Part shown: positions 60,151-64,000 of the stretch, in pieces | How positions within the stretch are numbered: the first letter of the stretch is position 1 | Layout of the letters: every line of letters starts with the position of its first letter | DNA from: an uncultured Thalassobaculaceae bacterium | GTDB taxonomy: Bacteria > Pseudomonadota > Alphaproteobacteria > Thalassobaculales > Thalassobaculaceae | DNA length: 64,000 bases | Direction: 5' to 3' | Assembly: GCA_964483985.1 (NCBI GenBank) | Contig: CAZADS010000061.1 | Span: forward strand, 8,073-72,072 | Notes under the pieces: model-generated | Databases searched by the model: none | Seen by the model: only the letters and a program-made list of their open reading frames with translations | What the model was told of the DNA's origin: nothing | Position numbers and translations under genes: made by a program

Positions 60151-62427
60151 ATGGAGATGCAAATGGATGATGCTAAACGAATAAGCGATCAGGAGGCATT
60201 AGTCTTTCATGCCGAGGGAAGACCCGGGAAATTTGAGATAGCCCCCACTAAACCTTTGACGACCCAGCGAGACTTATCGCTTGCTTATTCCCCAGGAGTA
60301 GCGGTTCCGTGTTTGGAAATAGAAAAAGATCCAGCGAAAGCTTATGATTACACATCCAAAGGAAATGTAGTTGCCGTAATCTCGATTGGAACTGCTGTAT
60401 TAGGCTTAGGCAATATCGGTGCTTTAGCAGCAAAACCCGTTATGGAGGGCAAAGCCGTCTTATTCAAAAAGTTTGCCGACGTTGATGGTATCGATCTAGA
60501 AGTAAATACCGAAGATGTAGACGAATTTGTAAACTGCGTCCGCCTTCTCGGAAAAGGTCTAGGTGGAATTAATTTAGAAGACATCAAAGCTCCTGAATGC
60601 TTCATAATCGAACAGCGTTTAAAAGAACTTTTGGACATCCCGGTATTTCACGATGATCAACATGGTACCGCTATTATTTCGTCGGCCGGACTTATTAACG
60701 CCCTGCACCTAACCAACCGAGATTTAAAAACTACCAAACTGGTAGTGAATGGTGCGGGTGCTGCTTCAATTGCTGGAGTTGAACTATTTAAAGCGATGGG
60801 TATGCCGCATGATAACATTATTATCTGTGACTCTCAGGGCGTGGTTTACACTGATAGGGAAACCGGTATGAATCAGTGGAAATCAGCCCATGCCGCAAAT
60901 ACCAAAAAACGAACTTTGGAAGAGGCTGCAAAGGGAGCAGACGTTTTGATGGGCCTCTCCGTCAAAGGAGCTTTCTCAAGAAAGATCATAGAATCCATGG
61001 CAGAAAACCCAATCATTTTTGCTATGGCTAATCCCGATCCAGAAATAACGCCCGAGGAAGTCCTAGAAATTCGGTCAGATGCAATTATGGCTACTGGTCG
61101 GTCAGACTATCCCAATCAAGTTAACAATGTCCTTGGATTTCCTTATATTTTTCGCGGCGCTTTAGATGTCAGGGCATCTGAAATAAATGACGCCATGAAA
61201 ATTGCTGCGGCTCATGCCATTGCGGAATTAGCAAGAGAAGATGTCCCAGATGAAGTTAGCGCCGCATATGGTCGTTCGCTGCAATTTGGTCGAGATTATA
61301 TTATACCTGCGCCTTTCGACCCTAGATTAATAGTAAATGTTTCATCGGCAGTGGCTAAAGCAGCTATGGAATCGGGCGTAGCTAGCCAGCCTATCGAAAA
61401 CTTCGTTGATTATGAATCGGACCTTAGCGCGCGACTGGATCCCACCGCCAATAGTTTGAGCGGAATTTATGCTATAATTCGCCAAAGACCTAAAAGAGTA
61501 GTTTTCTCTGAAGGTGAAGAAGAGCGAGTGATCAGGGCCGCAATCGCTTTTCGCTCGGGCGGTTACGGACATCCTATTTTAATCGGTCGGGAACAAACAG
61601 TTAGGGAAACCATGGCTCGGCTGGGAATTTCCGACACGCGCGGAATAGAAATTCATAATGCTCGTCTGTCAGAAAATAATTCTGAGTACACAAAAGCATT
61701 GTATGAACGTCTCCAACGATCTGGTCACCTTTATAGGGACGTACAACGAATGGTTAACCAAGATAGAAATGTTTTCGGTGCTTGCATGGTGGCCCACGGA
61801 CACGCTGATGCGATGGTAACTGGTGTTACTCGGAGCTTTGGTGTAAATCACGAGTATATTACGCGCGTTTTAGACCCCAAACCTGGGCATCGTCTCATGA
61901 CTTGCAGTTTAGTAATTACGCGCTCCCATACATTGTTTATAGCAGATACAAACATCAACGAACTTCCAAGCCCAGAGGCTTTGGCGGACATCGCTATACA
62001 GACAGCAGAAAGAGCAAGAGCTTTTGGTCATAACCCTAGAGTTGCCCTATTGTCATTTTCTAACTTTGGGTATCCGCACCGTGAACACATGGAAAGAATT
62101 AGAGCCGGCGTTCAGGAATTAGACGCTCGGAATGTCGATTTCGAATATGACGGCGAGATGAATGTCGATGTCGCTTTGGATATGGCTGTTCGCCAAAATT
62201 ATCCCTTTTGCCGGTTATCTGGACCAGCCAACGTGTTAATAATGCCAGCCCTCCATTCAGCAAATATTAGCTACAAATTGTTAAAGGCTGTTGGCGGGGG
62301 AACAATTATTGGACCGATGCTCATCGGTTTAGAAAAACCGGTTCAAATCGTCCAGATGAATGCGACAGTAAATGATTTAGTCCAAGCTGCCGCCATAGCT
62401 GCGTACGATTCCCAAAATGTTACGTAA
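60151..62427 (+). CDS. maeB: NADP-dependent malic enzyme (malic enzyme + phosphotransacetylase-like domain)
   Basis: LSLAYSPGVA, FHDDQHGTA and NGAGAA are malic enzyme motifs. The C-terminal 330 aa are PTA-like. Confidence 0.93.
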   Translation: MEMQMDDAKRISDQEALVFHAEGRPGKFEIAPTKPLTTQRDLSLAYSPGVAVPCLEIEKDPAKAYDYTSKGNVVAVISIGTAVLGLGNIGALAAKPVMEGKAVLFKKFADVDGIDLEVNTEDVDEFVNCVRLLGKGLGGINLEDIKAPECFIIEQRLKELLDIPVFHDDQHGTAIISSAGLINALHLTNRDLKTTKLVVNGAGAASIAGVELFKAMGMPHDNIIICDSQGVVYTDRETGMNQWKSAHAANTKKRTLEEAAKGADVLMGLSVKGAFSRKIIESMAENPIIFAMANPDPEITPEEVLEIRSDAIMATGRSDYPNQVNNVLGFPYIFRGALDVRASEINDAMKIAAAHAIAELAREDVPDEVSAAYGRSLQFGRDYIIPAPFDPRLIVNVSSAVAKAAMESGVASQPIENFVDYESDLSARLDPTANSLSGIYAIIRQRPKRVVFSEGEEERVIRAAIAFRSGGYGHPILIGREQTVRETMARLGISDTRGIEIHNARLSENNSEYTKALYERLQRSGHLYRDVQRMVNQDRNVFGACMVAHGHADAMVTGVTRSFGVNHEYITRVLDPKPGHRLMTCSLVITRSHTLFIADTNINELPSPEALADIAIQTAERARAFGHNPRVALLSFSNFGYPHREHMERIRAGVQELDARNVDFEYDGEMNVDVALDMAVRQNYPFCRLSGPANVLIMPALHSANISYKLLKAVGGGTIIGPMLIGLEKPVQIVQMNATVNDLVQAAAIAAYDSQNVT

Positions 62428-62589
62428 TGTGAAAATTGGAGTTATTCCTTAAACTAATAAAATGTCTTTTCATCTAAGATAATCAAATATAACTCGGCCC
62501 CAGAACATGAAAAATACTAAAAATACCTGCCACTTTTTGAAGATAACGCCAGAATATCAAGCTAATATTAGCCAAAACACGCCAGCAAA

Positions 62590-63090
62590 ATGATCTTATA
62601 TGGAATGCAACAATATGAAATTGGTTTAATTTTGGTTGGTACGACTTCTAAAGGTGTGTGTTTCGTTGGCCTTGGTGGTGAAAAACACGATCTCTTTAAG
62701 TCTTTTTGTGACACTTTTTTTTATGATGAAAAATGTGAAAATTCCAAAAATTTGGAGCCTGTCTTTAATCAATTAGATTATTATCTTAACGGTTACATTA
62801 CATCCTTCGACTTGCCTCTTGACGCGCAAGGAACTGGATTTCAGAAAAAAGTTTGGAACCAGCTAACAAATATTCCATATGGCGAAACTCATTCCTATGG
62901 GAGGATAGCTTCAGCTGTTGGCAAACCATCTGCATCAAGGGCCGTGGGTCGAGCTTGCAGTCAGAATCCTGTGTCCTTATTAATTCCATGCCACAGGGTG
63001 GTAAGCAAAAATGGCTTATTAACGGGTTATCGCTGGGGCATTGAACGAAAATTACATTTACTCAATCTGGAATATAAAACAACTCGATAA
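62590..63090 (+). CDS. ogt: methylated-DNA--protein-cysteine methyltransferase
   Basis: The active-site PCHRV motif, preceded by IPYGETHSYG and RAVG. Confidence 0.9.
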   Translation: MILYGMQQYEIGLILVGTTSKGVCFVGLGGEKHDLFKSFCDTFFYDEKCENSKNLEPVFNQLDYYLNGYITSFDLPLDAQGTGFQKKVWNQLTNIPYGETHSYGRIASAVGKPSASRAVGRACSQNPVSLLIPCHRVVSKNGLLTGYRWGIERKLHLLNLEYKTTR

Positions 63091-63147
63091 AAACCCTAAT
63101 TGCATACTTAAATTAACGCTGATCCAATCAAAAAAACTTCCAAAACT

Positions 63148-63735
63148 CTACGCTCGCCCAGCTTCCGTAGCAAGCGACGCCGCGTCGATTCCAATTTTAG
63201 CCAATGCTGAATCCCACTTTTCATCAACATCGATTTTGAACACCAACTGTTGGTCCGCTTCTACATTAAGCCAAGTATTTTCTTGAATTTCCTCATCTAA
63301 CTGACCTGGACCCCATCCGGCATAACCCAACGCCACGATACTATTAAGCGGTCCTCCGCCATTTGCTATTTTTCTAACTATATCTATTGAAGCGGTCATC
63401 GCCACCATATCATCAATTGGAAGAGAACCTTTTTGCGTGTAATCCGTGCTATGAAGCACAAAACCCCGTTGCGTTTCAACGGGCCCACCAAAATGTATTC
63501 TAGTCGAATATCTAAACGCTTTTGGATCAGATTCTATGTTCAATTGAATAAGTAAATCTGAAAAAGATATTGAGTTAATCAGTTGATTGATGATCAAACC
63601 TATTGCGCCTTCTTCACTATGGGCACACATATATATCACTGCCCGAGTAAAACGAGGATCGCGCATGCTTGGCATAGCCAAAAGCAGTTGGCCCGTCAAA
63701 AATGATCCTGTTTGAAAATTTGCCCCTTTGTTCAT
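63148..63735 (-). CDS. YqgE/AlgH family protein
   Basis: GQLLLAMPSM.DPRF...VIYMCAHSEEGA.GLIIN...GGPV is the family pattern. Confidence 0.85.
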   Translation of the reverse strand: MNKGANFQTGSFLTGQLLLAMPSMRDPRFTRAVIYMCAHSEEGAIGLIINQLINSISFSDLLIQLNIESDPKAFRYSTRIHFGGPVETQRGFVLHSTDYTQKGSLPIDDMVAMTASIDIVRKIANGGGPLNSIVALGYAGWGPGQLDEEIQENTWLNVEADQQLVFKIDVDEKWDSALAKIGIDAASLATEAGRA

Positions 63736-63895
63736 TATTTAGATGCGTTCTCCCAGGAAAATTTACATGATATATTAGCTTATAAACTTACTAAATGTCA
63801 CAAACTTAAATTAAACTAAGATTTTAGTCTCTCGAAGCTTTAACCTATTAATTTTTCCCATACGAAAGACTCGATTTTCCTTTTGGGCCCTTAAT

Positions 63896-64000
63896 ATGAT
63901 TTTAAAAGAATCGGTTTGGCTGCTTTTAATACTTTCAGTTTTTGGCTCCATCGAATCATCTCTATCCGAAGAATCTTCTCCATGGGCGCATACTGACCCC
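63896..64000 (+). CDS. 5' end of a secreted or membrane protein (truncated by the window edge)
   Basis: The ATG at 63896 is followed by a signal-peptide-like MILKESVWLLLILSVFGSIES. Only 35 codons are visible. Confidence 0.3.
   Translation, partial: MILKESVWLLLILSVFGSIESSLSEESSPWAHTDP

Overview
The window looks like an alphaproteobacterial-type chromosome segment of moderate GC, densely packed with about 60 protein genes and two tRNAs. All functional calls rest on reading the supplied ORF translations for family motifs from memory. No database search, HMM or RNA-folding program was run.

Most of the window is ordinary:
- A conserved housekeeping block lies at 15-27 kb: rplU-rpmA-obg-proB-proA-nadD-rsfS-rlmH-gpmI-M23 peptidase-ctpA-YibQ-like-rppH.
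- Elsewhere there are a class A PBP, a LivKHMGF-type ABC importer, mutS, maeB, ogt, cspA, a RegB/PrrB-type kinase and a cobT-cobS-cobC module.
- Several small catabolic modules are present: CoA-transferases with thioesterase or hydratase, a deoxy-sugar or sugar-acid set, and a TauD-GMC-TauE set.
- I saw no CRISPR array, IS element, toxin-antitoxin pair or recognisable multi-gene defence system. No HTH transcription factor is evident anywhere in the 64 kb.

The only mobile-element signal is at 12.1-14.8 kb. An intact tRNA-Phe is followed by a 109-codon tyrosine-integrase N-terminal stub. Next comes a 62-nt copy of the 5' part of the same tRNA, then a lone RadD/YejH-like SF2 helicase with an unassigned C-terminal domain, then tRNA-Ser(CGA).

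Other points worth a second look:
- an adjacent pair of TPR-fused modifying enzymes (methyltransferase and 2OG-Fe(II) oxygenase)
- a stand-alone protein that reads as a doubly degenerate GGDEF-EAL
- an in-frame TAA inside cobT
- a NavAb-like bacterial sodium channel
- a decayed zinc-type dehydrogenase remnant after the liv operon

I cannot point to a clearly novel multi-gene system. The candidates are ranked with modest interest scores.
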